Below, piece by piece: positions 7,895-16,528 of a stretch of DNA of 50,268 nucleotides. A program made the translations under genes and the position numbers. The stretch's first letter is position 1. Every line of letters begins with the position of its first letter. The DNA is from Gemmatimonadota bacterium (GTDB lineage Bacteria > Gemmatimonadota > Gemmatimonadetes > Gemmatimonadales > GWC2-71-9), in assembly GCA_039588295.1 (NCBI GenBank), contig JBDHAB010000016.1, positions 1 through 50,268 of the forward strand, read 5' to 3'. The notes below the pieces were generated by a model. That model searched no databases and had not been told where the DNA came from. It was given only the letters and a program-made list of their open reading frames with translations.

Positions 7895-8039
7895 GCTCTT
7901 GCTGGCCGGCTCATCACGCTCCCAAGTCGTTGCGCTCCCGCCTCACGGAGTGGCAGCTGATGTTTGTCCGCCACGCCAGCACAGGGAACCAACGTATTGA
8001 TCGACAATAGGTTATGACCTTACGCACGGCTAGTGACCG

Positions 8040-8055
8040 AGGCACAGACCGTGCG
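8040..8055 (+). promoter_or_regulatory. Candidate sigma-54 promoter for the REC-GGDEF gene
   Basis: AGGCACAGACCGTGCG (GGCAC, GG-N10-GC). Partial enhancer CGTTGC-N6-GCCTCA at 7928-7945. Confidence 0.5.
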
Positions 8056-8153
8056 TCGGCCATGGCAGACGGGGATGTGCACTGTCCCCGCCCGTACGGC
8101 CGGCATTGCCCGGCCGCGTCGACTTGTGCATCCTTCGACCGGACATGGCGCAC

Positions 8154-9065
8154 ATGAAACGGTCGCGACCGCCCGTCGTGCTCATCATCGACGACCAAGA
8201 ATGGTCGACGCGCTCGCTTGAGAGCATCCTAGCTCCCAACGGCTTCGCTGTCATGCGGGCGTATACCGCAGAGAAAGGGCTGGACCGGGCGCGTGTGCAC
8301 GCCCCGGACGCGGTGTTCGTCGACGTCGTTCTCCCAGACGGCGACGGGCTGGAGGTGTGCCGCGCCCTGCGGGACGAACCGCTGACCGGTGCCGGGACCC
8401 CGATCTTCATGACGTGTCCGGAGCGACCTTCCCGCGCTCAGCGGTTAGACGCCTTCCGCGCCGGAGCATGGGATATCATTGGCTACCCCGTGGACGCGGA
8501 GGAGCTGCTCCTACGGCTCGAGGCCTACGTCGAGTCCAAGTTCACCGCGGACCGGTTCCGGGAGGAAGGACTCATCGATCAACTGACCGGATTATACAAC
8601 CTCCGCGGACTCGAACGCAGAGCGGAGGAATTGAGTTCTTGGGCATACCGGGAACGCCGGTCGCTGGCGTGTGTGGTCTTCGCTCCGGTCGAAGTGGAGA
8701 GCGACGACGAGATGGTGGTTACCCACCTGATCAAGGATGTCGCTGGAGCGATTCGCTTAGCGGGTCGGATTTCCGACGTTATCGGGAGACTCGGCAAGAC
8801 GGAGATCGCCGTGCTCGCGCCGAGTACCGACGCTGATGGCGCAGTGAAGCTGGCGGAGCGACTGGCAGCCGTGATCCGATCGTCGGGCCCCGTACCCGGA
8901 GGAATCGACATCCGCGCCGGCTTCGACGCGGTCGGCAACGCCCACGAGAACCCGACCAAGGCGCGGGACCTCCTGATGCGCGCCACCGTCGCTCTGCGGA
9001 AGTCCAAGGCCAACGGGGACGACTGGATCCAGCCGTTCGATAATCGCTCGTCCAGCGAGGTCTGA
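8154..9065 (+). CDS. Response regulator with a degenerate GGDEF domain
   Basis: REC domain: IIDD, VDVVLPDGDG. GGDEF N-terminus DQLTGLYNLRG, active-site motif RLGKTEIAV. Alternative start at ATG 8145. Confidence 0.85.
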   Translation: MKRSRPPVVLIIDDQEWSTRSLESILAPNGFAVMRAYTAEKGLDRARVHAPDAVFVDVVLPDGDGLEVCRALRDEPLTGAGTPIFMTCPERPSRAQRLDAFRAGAWDIIGYPVDAEELLLRLEAYVESKFTADRFREEGLIDQLTGLYNLRGLERRAEELSSWAYRERRSLACVVFAPVEVESDDEMVVTHLIKDVAGAIRLAGRISDVIGRLGKTEIAVLAPSTDADGAVKLAERLAAVIRSSGPVPGGIDIRAGFDAVGNAHENPTKARDLLMRATVALRKSKANGDDWIQPFDNRSSSEV

Positions 9066-9076
9066 ACCCTCGCCCA

Positions 9077-11497
9077 CTACTTTGTCCCCTCCAGCAACTT
9101 GGACTTCAGGGCGCCGGCAGGTACCTCGTCTTCGTGTTCGTAGCCCGGCATGTAGTACGAGTAATACCCGTACCCGTATGCCCGCTGATCCTTGGCACCG
9201 TTGAGCACCGCACCAAGTACCCGCACTGGAAGCCGGTCCAACATATCTAGTTTGGCCTCCGCCTCCCCACGATCGGTCCGGCCCGTGCGCAGCACGATGA
9301 GCACGCTTCCGGTGATCGTGCCGAGGGCGTAGGCGTCGACGCCGGCGCCGAGCGGTGGACTATCGACAATGATCACGCCGTAGTCCCCCCGCAGCGCAGT
9401 GAGGCACTGGGTCATCTCCGGCGACCCGAGGAGCTCAGGGGCCCCCGCGACCCGAGTACCGCCTCCCACAAAGTGCAGCAGCGGGTATTCGGTCTTCTGG
9501 ACGGCACGTGCAATCTCGACCCGCGCGGCGAGGAGATCGGTCAGACCGGGCTTGCGCGAGGTGTTGAGGACCCGGTGCATCGAACCCCGCCGGGTGTCTG
9601 CGTCGATCAGCAACGTTCGATGGCCCGCCTCGGCAAACGCCAGCGCGAGGTTCGATGAGACGAACGACTTGCCGTCACCACTGCCCGGACTCGTGACCGT
9701 GAGCACCATCGGGCCCGCTGTGCCGTAACTGTGCAGCAGGTTGAGTCGAATCCCGCGCAAGGCCTCGACGGCTGGCGCCGTATTCCTCGCACCCCTGCCA
9801 TTGCGAAGGCCCTTGAGGTGTGGGATCACCCCGAGGATGGGCAAGCCCATCTGATCCGTGACCTGCTCGGGGAACCGCACTCGCCGATCCAAATGCCCCA
9901 GGAGCACGGCACCTCCAACGCCCATTCCAAACCCTAGCACGACGGCGACCAGCACCAGTCGGATGGCCTTGGTCGGCAACTGCTGCTGGGGCACCACAGC
10001 CGGATCGAGGATGCTCACGTCAGGAACGGAACTCCGTTCGGCCAGCCGCGCTTCCTCGTAACGCCCTTGCAGCATCGTATACAGGTTGTCAGCGATCGCG
10101 ACTTCACGTTCGAGCCTCGCCTCCTCGATGGCCCGCGCAGGAATCTGCTGCAGCTCATTGGACGCCGACCCGATCCGGTCCTCGAGGTCACGCCCCCGGG
10201 CGGCAAGTTCCGCCCCGAGGGCACGAGCTAACGAAGGGACAGTCTGGTTCTCGAGTATTCCGACCTGTCCAAGCGCTCGCTGTACCTGGGGATGCTCGTC
10301 GGTGTACACGTAGCGTAGCGCACGCAGATCCGCCTGCTTCGTAGTGAGTTCTCGCAGCGCCAACATCAGTTCGCTGGAGCCTTGCACGGCCTCAATGGCC
10401 TCAAAGGCATCGGTGGAGACCCCGGATTCCCCTGCCTGCACCACCGCCCGCTGCAAGGCCTCCCGATCCCGCCGGATCCCCTCCATCTCGATCCGCATGT
10501 CGAAGAAATTCCGGAACGCCGGATCCTGCGTGAACTGGAGTCCCGGTGAGACGGGGGACGCCCGCTCCGACGGAAGCGTGATCGTGCGGACACGGAACTG
10601 CTCCAACCTGGTCTCAGCACTGAGCAGACTGGACCCGGCATTTTGCAGCTGCTCTTGGAGGATTCGGACCAACTCGGTCAGCTTCTCACGTTTGAGGTCG
10701 GCCGCCACGGAGACGAAGCGGTTGAGCACCGCGTTCACCGTGGCAGCGATCAGCACCGGGTTTGATCCCTCGAGTTCAACTCGCAGGAAGTTCCCGGCCG
10801 GGTCTGACCGGAGTCGAAGTGCCTGACCGAGCTGCCGAGCTGCATCGCGCGGGTGCGTGACCAGAAACTCGACATCGGTGCGAGCACGGAGCAGCTCAGC
10901 AGGAGGCACCCACGCGAACCCAACCGAGCGGCCGACAGAATCGCCGAGCGCCGCCGATTCGATCTGATCACCCGGCTCTCTCACGAGCACCACTTGGCCG
11001 CCACCGGCGTCAACGCGAAGCCGATAGCTGCCCGGTTGAAACTGCTGCTGCAGCGCGAAGTCGGTGAATAGGCCCGTGTCGGCCGGGCTGCCGGGGGCCA
11101 CGAAGAGCCGTAGCTCCCGCACGGCTTCATCCAGCACGACGTATGATTTCAGCAGGTCCACCCAACCGCGGGCGCCGAGGAGTTGCTGACTCTGGATCGG
11201 ACCGCGGTCGGGGGAGCCGCGTTGCTGCACCGCGATCCAGAGAGCCCCCTGGGTAACATACAGCGGCTTCGTAAACCGATAGGCCGCCGCGCCCGCAATC
11301 ATCCCCAGCAGCGTGGCCCCAACCACGAGCCACTTGTGCTGCCGTACCGCCAACCAGGCCCGACGGAACGTCTGGGTGGAGTCCCCGTTGCCCGGTCCGC
11401 CCGTCCCGTATTGCACGCCGGCCAGCGCGGGCTCAGATACCGGCAGCGGTACCCGGTGTGGCTCTTCGTCCATCCGGGTTGGCAAGTCGTCTGGCAT
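9077..11497 (-). CDS. wzc: Polysaccharide co-polymerase / tyrosine autokinase (Wzc/GumC)
   Basis: Two TM segments flanking a coiled-coil region, Walker A SPGSGDGKS, LIDAD, IVDSPP, C-terminal tyrosine cluster AYGYGYYSYY. Confidence 0.93.
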   Translation of the reverse strand: MPDDLPTRMDEEPHRVPLPVSEPALAGVQYGTGGPGNGDSTQTFRRAWLAVRQHKWLVVGATLLGMIAGAAAYRFTKPLYVTQGALWIAVQQRGSPDRGPIQSQQLLGARGWVDLLKSYVVLDEAVRELRLFVAPGSPADTGLFTDFALQQQFQPGSYRLRVDAGGGQVVLVREPGDQIESAALGDSVGRSVGFAWVPPAELLRARTDVEFLVTHPRDAARQLGQALRLRSDPAGNFLRVELEGSNPVLIAATVNAVLNRFVSVAADLKREKLTELVRILQEQLQNAGSSLLSAETRLEQFRVRTITLPSERASPVSPGLQFTQDPAFRNFFDMRIEMEGIRRDREALQRAVVQAGESGVSTDAFEAIEAVQGSSELMLALRELTTKQADLRALRYVYTDEHPQVQRALGQVGILENQTVPSLARALGAELAARGRDLEDRIGSASNELQQIPARAIEEARLEREVAIADNLYTMLQGRYEEARLAERSSVPDVSILDPAVVPQQQLPTKAIRLVLVAVVLGFGMGVGGAVLLGHLDRRVRFPEQVTDQMGLPILGVIPHLKGLRNGRGARNTAPAVEALRGIRLNLLHSYGTAGPMVLTVTSPGSGDGKSFVSSNLALAFAEAGHRTLLIDADTRRGSMHRVLNTSRKPGLTDLLAARVEIARAVQKTEYPLLHFVGGGTRVAGAPELLGSPEMTQCLTALRGDYGVIIVDSPPLGAGVDAYALGTITGSVLIVLRTGRTDRGEAEAKLDMLDRLPVRVLGAVLNGAKDQRAYGYGYYSYYMPGYEHEDEVPAGALKSKLLEGTK

Positions 11498-11574
11498 GAC
11501 TCGGCTGTCTGCTCCTCGATGGTGGCAGTCGCACGGGGCCGCGGATATCGGCGTACGGATTCCCTATATCCACC

Positions 11575-11590
11575 AGCAATTGTGATACCG
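11575..11590 (-). promoter_or_regulatory. Sigma-54 promoter of wzc
   Basis: Minus strand CGGTATCACAATTGCT (GG-N10-GC, TTGCT). Confidence 0.65.
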
Positions 11591-11662
11591 TACACCACAG
11601 ACTGGCTTCACGACACCCCTGCGACGAGAATCGAGCCAAAGGCGGTCCCACCGAAGGCGGTC

Positions 11663-11727
11663 CGTTGCACGCACGCAACAACAGCGATACTTTGGCTCAT
11701 AGCTCACAGTGTTGCCTCGACACAACA
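11663..11727. promoter_or_regulatory. Two enhancer-like palindromes (CGTTGC-N6-GCAACA at 11663-11680; TGTTGC-N6-ACAACA at 11710-11727)
   Basis: Both match the recurrent TGTTGC-N6-GCAACA motif and lie between two divergent sigma-54 promoters. Confidence 0.7.
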
Positions 11728-11800
11728 GTCCGATGTGCCGTGGGCAGCAGCCCGCTGCCCAACTCGCGGCCCGGCAGTGGGTTGGCACCCCACGTCGGTG

Positions 11801-11816
11801 TGGCCCAATCTCTGCG
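11801..11816 (+). promoter_or_regulatory. Sigma-54 promoter of the NtrC-family regulator
   Basis: TGGCCCAATCTCTGCG (GG-N10-GC). Confidence 0.6.
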
Positions 11817-11884
11817 CCTAGAGGGCACGTGGACACCGATACCTGTCGTCGCACTAAGCGCGGATCTGACTCGGGAGATCAAGG

Positions 11885-13408
11885 ATGACGCACGGCGCCA
11901 CACCGACCCGTCCTTCGACCGGACATCCGGAGATGCCCAACCTGATTGCGCTCGATGCAGAGGCAAAGGCCGGCGTCCGGGTTCTGGTGATCGATGATGA
12001 GCGCACCCTCCGAGAGAGCTGCCGAACCTTTCTCGAGAGCGAGGGCTACGCAGTCGAAGTCTGCGGGAAAGGTGAGGAAGCCAAAACCCTGCTCGATCGC
12101 GGCGGATTCGACCTCGTGATGATTGACCTCTACATGTCGGACGTCACTGGGCTGGACCTCTTACGAATCTGTCTCGAGCGACGACCGGACACCGTCGTCA
12201 TCATCATGACTGGGAACCCCAGCGTCCAATCGAGCGTCGAGGCGCTCCGCGCGGGGGCGTGGGACTATCTGACCAAGCCGTTCAACGCCACCCAGCTCCA
12301 GATTCTTGTCGGCCGAGCCACGCACGCAATCCTGGTCGCCCGCGAGACCCAGGCGCTCAACGCGGCGGTCGCGAGCGAGTATGGCCACAGCGACTACGTT
12401 ACGGTGCTCGGTTCGTCCCAGGCGTTCCGAAGCGCGATCGATTTGGCCCGAAAGGTCGCACGCACCGATGCCTCGGTATTCATCAACGGAGAGAGCGGGA
12501 CAGGCAAGGAGCTGATCGCCCAATTCATCCACAACCAGAGCCGGCGGAGCAGTCGGCAGCTCGTGGCGATCAATTGCGCTGCACTTCCCGAATCGCTGCT
12601 CGAGTCGGAGATGTTTGGACATCGGAAGGGAGCATTCACCGGCGCGGTACGCGACAAGCCGGGCCTACTGGAGGCGGCGAACGGCGGGACGATGTTTCTG
12701 GACGAGGTTACCGAGATGTCGAAGCCCATCCAGGCAAAGCTGCTCCGGGTGATTCAGGACGGAGTGGTGCGGCGAGTCGGCAGCGAGTCGGTGGATGCCA
12801 TTGTCAACGTCCGGTTCATCGCTGCCACGAACCGTGACCCCGAAGAAGCCACCGAAGACGGCGAGCTGCGGGAAGACCTTTACTACCGCCTGCGCGTGGT
12901 ACCGATCACGGTGCCGCCGTTACGGGATCGCCAGGCGGACATCCCCATTCTCGCCAGTCATTTCTTGCGGTACTACTGGTCGCGGCACCGCGATCCGGGT
13001 CTGCAAATCCCCGAACTGTCCGACGCCGCCCTCCGGGCCCTGGCAGGCTACCACTGGAAGGGCAACGTGCGGGAGCTGCAGAACGTGATAGAACATACCG
13101 TCGTCCTCGTCGACCCCGGATCGAAGATCCAGCCTAGCGACCTTCCGTTCATCGAGAACGAACCGGTCATGGTGACCGAGAAGGCCCTCGGGCCGACCGT
13201 CGACCTCAGCGGGCAACCCTATCACCAGGCCCGCGAGAACGTGATTGCGGACTTCGAGCTGTCGTACCTGTCGCAGCTCGTGAACCGTGCAAGCGGCAAC
13301 ATGTCGAAGGCGGCCCGAATGGCCGGGGTGGACCGCACCACATTGTACCGTCTCATGGAGAAGCACGGGTTGCAGCGGGGTACGATTATGGTGGAGAGCG
13401 AAGCGTAA
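11885..13408 (+). CDS. Sigma-54-dependent response regulator (NtrC family: REC-AAA+-HTH)
   Basis: VIDD, DLYM, DYLTKP, GESGTGKE, ESEMFGHRKGAFTGA, FLDEV, DLYYRL, WKGNVRELQN, HTH AARMAGVDRTTLYR. The true start may be ATG 11933. Confidence 0.95.
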   Translation: MTHGATPTRPSTGHPEMPNLIALDAEAKAGVRVLVIDDERTLRESCRTFLESEGYAVEVCGKGEEAKTLLDRGGFDLVMIDLYMSDVTGLDLLRICLERRPDTVVIIMTGNPSVQSSVEALRAGAWDYLTKPFNATQLQILVGRATHAILVARETQALNAAVASEYGHSDYVTVLGSSQAFRSAIDLARKVARTDASVFINGESGTGKELIAQFIHNQSRRSSRQLVAINCAALPESLLESEMFGHRKGAFTGAVRDKPGLLEAANGGTMFLDEVTEMSKPIQAKLLRVIQDGVVRRVGSESVDAIVNVRFIAATNRDPEEATEDGELREDLYYRLRVVPITVPPLRDRQADIPILASHFLRYYWSRHRDPGLQIPELSDAALRALAGYHWKGNVRELQNVIEHTVVLVDPGSKIQPSDLPFIENEPVMVTEKALGPTVDLSGQPYHQARENVIADFELSYLSQLVNRASGNMSKAARMAGVDRTTLYRLMEKHGLQRGTIMVESEA

Positions 13409-13424
13409 CGACCCCCCCTTGCCA

Positions 13425-13468
13425 GCAAAGCCCCGCGCGGCCATGAGCCGGGCGGGGCTTTGCGTTTT
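13425..13468 (+). terminator. Intrinsic terminator-like hairpin
   Basis: gcaaagccccgc-gcggccatgagccgg-gcggggctttgc followed by gtttt. Confidence 0.7.
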
Positions 13469-13513
13469 CCGTTCGGTAGGTAGATTAGGCGCTACAGGCT
13501 TTCTTCAGGTTCC

Positions 13514-14677
13514 ATGGTCCAGAGGTCGAGTCCAATCGCCGAGTCACGGAAGCTCACGCGAGCCGCCGAGCCGCGACACACAACGGAACACGGTGAGGCT
13601 AAGGCACCGTTGTCACGCATCGCGCATCCGGATTTGCGGGGGGCAGCCGAGTGCGTCCTCCGCCGGCACTCCGGCGCTGAGCCCCAAGCCCGGCACGTTG
13701 AGGAGCTGGTAGTGCTGCTCGTCAGCTGCGTTGCGCAACGAGCCGAGGGCGTTCCCGTTCGCGTCGACCCGCGGCTCGATACCGCCGTGGGTCGTCGTCT
13801 ACTCGTGGAGTTTCGCATCGAACTCGTGCTGCGCTGGGTCCAGGCCCCGTCGGCACCCCAGGCCGATGTCGTCTTGTCAGTCTGGCGCGCATGCGAGGAG
13901 GTCTTGGACGAGATCGGGCATGGCGTGCAATACGCGCCCGGACTGGATTGGGACAGGGACTTTGCCAACCAACTGAGCGGCCCACGGGGCCTGGAACTCG
14001 TTGTGGAGGTGGCACACGACCTCCGTTCCCCGCTCACGTCGATCCTGTTCCTCGCCGAAACACTGCAGCGCGGGCAGAGCGGGCCCGTCAACGACATTCA
14101 GAAACGACAGCTCGGCCTCGTCTACAGTGCGGCGTTAGGTCTCAGCACACTCGCGAGCAACGTGATGGAGCTGGCCCGGGGCGGCAGCCGGCTGGCCGAC
14201 GATCAGCCCGCTCCGTTTTCAGTCGCCGATGTCATGGAGTCCGTCGCTGACATCGTGCGCCCGATGGCGGAGGAGAAGGGCCTTACCGTCCGACTGCTCC
14301 CACCGCACAACGACTACCGGCTTGGACCGGCCCAGGCATTGAGCCGTGTTCTGCTCAACCTCACCACCAACGCCATCAAGTTCACCGAGGAAGGCTTCGT
14401 CGAGCTTGTAGCCAAGGCGCTGGACGGGGAGCGCGTGGAGTTCTCCTTGCGCGACTCCGGCCACGGCATCAATCCCGCAACAGTTGAGACGCTCTTCCTT
14501 CCGTTTCGCCAGGGACCGCAGGATGACAGGGTGACCTTCTCCGGCACCGGCTTGGGTCTCGCCCTCTGCCGCAAGCTCGTAGAGGCAATGGGATCGGAGC
14601 TGCGCTATGAGACGAGTGCGGATTGGGGAACCCGGTTCTATTTCGAGTTGGACCTGCCCACCCCACCATCCGCGTAG
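13514..14677 (+). CDS. Soluble sensor histidine kinase (HisKA + HATPase)
   Basis: H-box VAHDLRSPL, N-box NLTTNAIKF, G1 DSGHGI, G2 GTGLGL. No obvious TM segment. Confidence 0.9.
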   Translation: MVQRSSPIAESRKLTRAAEPRHTTEHGEAKAPLSRIAHPDLRGAAECVLRRHSGAEPQARHVEELVVLLVSCVAQRAEGVPVRVDPRLDTAVGRRLLVEFRIELVLRWVQAPSAPQADVVLSVWRACEEVLDEIGHGVQYAPGLDWDRDFANQLSGPRGLELVVEVAHDLRSPLTSILFLAETLQRGQSGPVNDIQKRQLGLVYSAALGLSTLASNVMELARGGSRLADDQPAPFSVADVMESVADIVRPMAEEKGLTVRLLPPHNDYRLGPAQALSRVLLNLTTNAIKFTEEGFVELVAKALDGERVEFSLRDSGHGINPATVETLFLPFRQGPQDDRVTFSGTGLGLALCRKLVEAMGSELRYETSADWGTRFYFELDLPTPPSA

Positions 14678-14709
14678 CGCCGCAAGGAAGCAGGACAGTA
14701 CCGACTCTC

Positions 14710-14845
14710 TGTGGTACCAGGACCACAGTAGCCGACGCTGTGCAGCGGCACGACCGCGCCCCGTTCCGCGAACATCACAGAACTGATTGACACGTAAGGG
14801 CTTACCAACGCGGCACGGAGACCAACTCTGTGCATGGCCCTTGCA
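14710..14845 (+). promoter_or_regulatory. Probable regulatory region of the sugar transferase-exosortase operon
   Basis: Palindrome TGTGGT-N6-ACCACA (14710-14727), half match CGTTCC-N6-ATCACA (14762-14779), an AT-richer tract, then an imperfect sigma-54 site GTGCATGGCCCTTGCA (14830-14845; TG in place of GG). Confidence 0.45.
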
Positions 14846-14862
14846 CAGCCCACTAATCGACC

Positions 14863-15651
14863 ATGTATCCGGACCCCCAGTCCTCCAGCCTGGCTGACGG
14901 TGGGTCTTCACAACAGCCAAGGTCTGATCGGCAGATGATGACTTCTATTCGGCTCGAAGCAGTTGGTCGAACGCGCCCTCCTCGTCCCGACGCGCGGTTC
15001 GAGTCGGTGACGACCCGGGATCAGATTCGGCGCGGAGTGAACGTGGCTGCCGCGGCGCTGGGAATAGTGCTCGCCGCCCCCGTTATGCTGCTGATCGCTT
15101 TCGCAATCAGAATGACCTCCCGTGGGCCGATTCTCTATCGGCAACCACGGGTCGGGGTCGATCGGCGATGGAGCAGCGAGCGTCTCGATAATTCGCGGCG
15201 CCGGAGTAACGTCGGGGGTCGTCTATTCACTATCTACAAGTTTCGTACGATGTACGTGCAGGAGGACACCGAGCACCAGAGGTGGGCGTCCCAGGACGAT
15301 CCGCGCATCACACACGTTGGGCGTATTCTGCGGAGATACCGCCTCGACGAGCTACCGCAGATGTTCAACGTGCTCCGGGGTGACATGAATCTGGTGGGCC
15401 CCCGCCCAGAACAACCAGACATCTTCCAGAGGCTCCGGGGGCAGATCACACGGTATCCGGAGCGGCAACGGGTGCTCCCAGGCATCACTGGCTGGGCACA
15501 GGTTCGTCATCGTTACGATACCTCAGTTGACGACGTCAAGCGCAAAGTCGAGTTCGATCTGGAGTACATCGAGCGGTGCTCTGCCACCCAAGACGCCAAG
15601 ATCATGCTCATGACCGTCCCCGTCATGATGTTCAGAAAGGGCGCGCTGTAG
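14863..15651 (+). CDS. Priming sugar transferase (Bac_transf family, phosphoglycosyl transferase)
   Basis: One TM segment, GPILYRQPRVG, YKFRTM, DPRITHVGRILRRYRLDELPQ, NLVGPRPE, PGITGWAQV. Start uncertain (14863 or 14935). Confidence 0.93.
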   Translation: MYPDPQSSSLADGGSSQQPRSDRQMMTSIRLEAVGRTRPPRPDARFESVTTRDQIRRGVNVAAAALGIVLAAPVMLLIAFAIRMTSRGPILYRQPRVGVDRRWSSERLDNSRRRSNVGGRLFTIYKFRTMYVQEDTEHQRWASQDDPRITHVGRILRRYRLDELPQMFNVLRGDMNLVGPRPEQPDIFQRLRGQITRYPERQRVLPGITGWAQVRHRYDTSVDDVKRKVEFDLEYIERCSATQDAKIMLMTVPVMMFRKGAL

Positions 15652-15652
15652 C

Positions 15653-16528
15653 TTGCCCTCTGTGCAGGTCGCGGCGCCAGGAGTAGCCGAGTCTCTCCGC
15701 AAAGCGCCAGCCTCAGCGATCGTCGCTGGGCTGGCGTTCTTGATTCTGTTCTGGCATCCACTCATCACCCTGGGCCGGGACTGGTGGACGGATGCGGAAG
15801 CCGGGCATGGGCTCCTCTTGGCGCCGATCGCGATCTTCCTCGCCGTGCGCCGAGGCCGAGCACCCGAGGCTCGCAGCCAGCCTGTGTTCGGGTTGGCCAT
15901 CTTGGTCGGAGCCGTCCTCCTCCGCTACGTGGCCGGCCTCGCGTCCGAGCTGTTCACGATGCGACTCTCGCTCGTCGCCGGGGGCGTAGGGCTCATCATC
16001 TTTGTAGCCGGTCTGAAACAAGTCCTGCATTGGTGGCTCCCCACCCTGTTGCTCCTCCTCTCGATCCCGATTCCGATGGTGGCGTTGAACAGCTTGGCGT
16101 TTCCGCTCCAGCTCAAGGCATCCCAGATCGGGGCGGCGCTGCTCGACTGGCGGAACGTACCCGTGCGGCTCGCCGGAAACGTCATCATGCTACCTGGGCA
16201 GTCCCTATTCGTGACGGAGGCTTGTAGTGGGTTACGCTCGCTCACGGCGCTTCTCGCGCTGGGGGTCCTGATCGGCGGGCTGTGGCTGCGTCGAATATGG
16301 AGCCGCGCAGCGCTGGTCACGATGGCAATTCCGGTGGCGATGGTCCTCAACGGCCTCAGGGTGTTCTTCACCGGGTTCTTGGTGTTCTACGTGGATCCAG
16401 GACTGGGCGAAGGAGTAATGCACTATACGGAAGGATGGTTCATGTTCATGATCGCGTTTGCAATCCTCGGCGTCGTCGCTTGGGGCCTGAGCCACCTGGA
16501 GCGTTTGAGAAGGACCGTACCAGCATGA
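15653..16528 (+). CDS. Exosortase (EpsH/XrtA family)
   Basis: Multi-TM protein with catalytic triad motifs EACSGLRS (Cys), NGLRV (Arg) and MHYTEG (His); GHGLL near the N-terminus. Confidence 0.93.
   Translation: MPSVQVAAPGVAESLRKAPASAIVAGLAFLILFWHPLITLGRDWWTDAEAGHGLLLAPIAIFLAVRRGRAPEARSQPVFGLAILVGAVLLRYVAGLASELFTMRLSLVAGGVGLIIFVAGLKQVLHWWLPTLLLLLSIPIPMVALNSLAFPLQLKASQIGAALLDWRNVPVRLAGNVIMLPGQSLFVTEACSGLRSLTALLALGVLIGGLWLRRIWSRAALVTMAIPVAMVLNGLRVFFTGFLVFYVDPGLGEGVMHYTEGWFMFMIAFAILGVVAWGLSHLERLRRTVPA

Noticed and set aside
7506..7900. glmS ribozyme upstream of glmS
   Set aside because: I could not recognise the conserved ribozyme core, and the space is occupied by a plausible small ORF. An Rfam RF00234 search would settle it.
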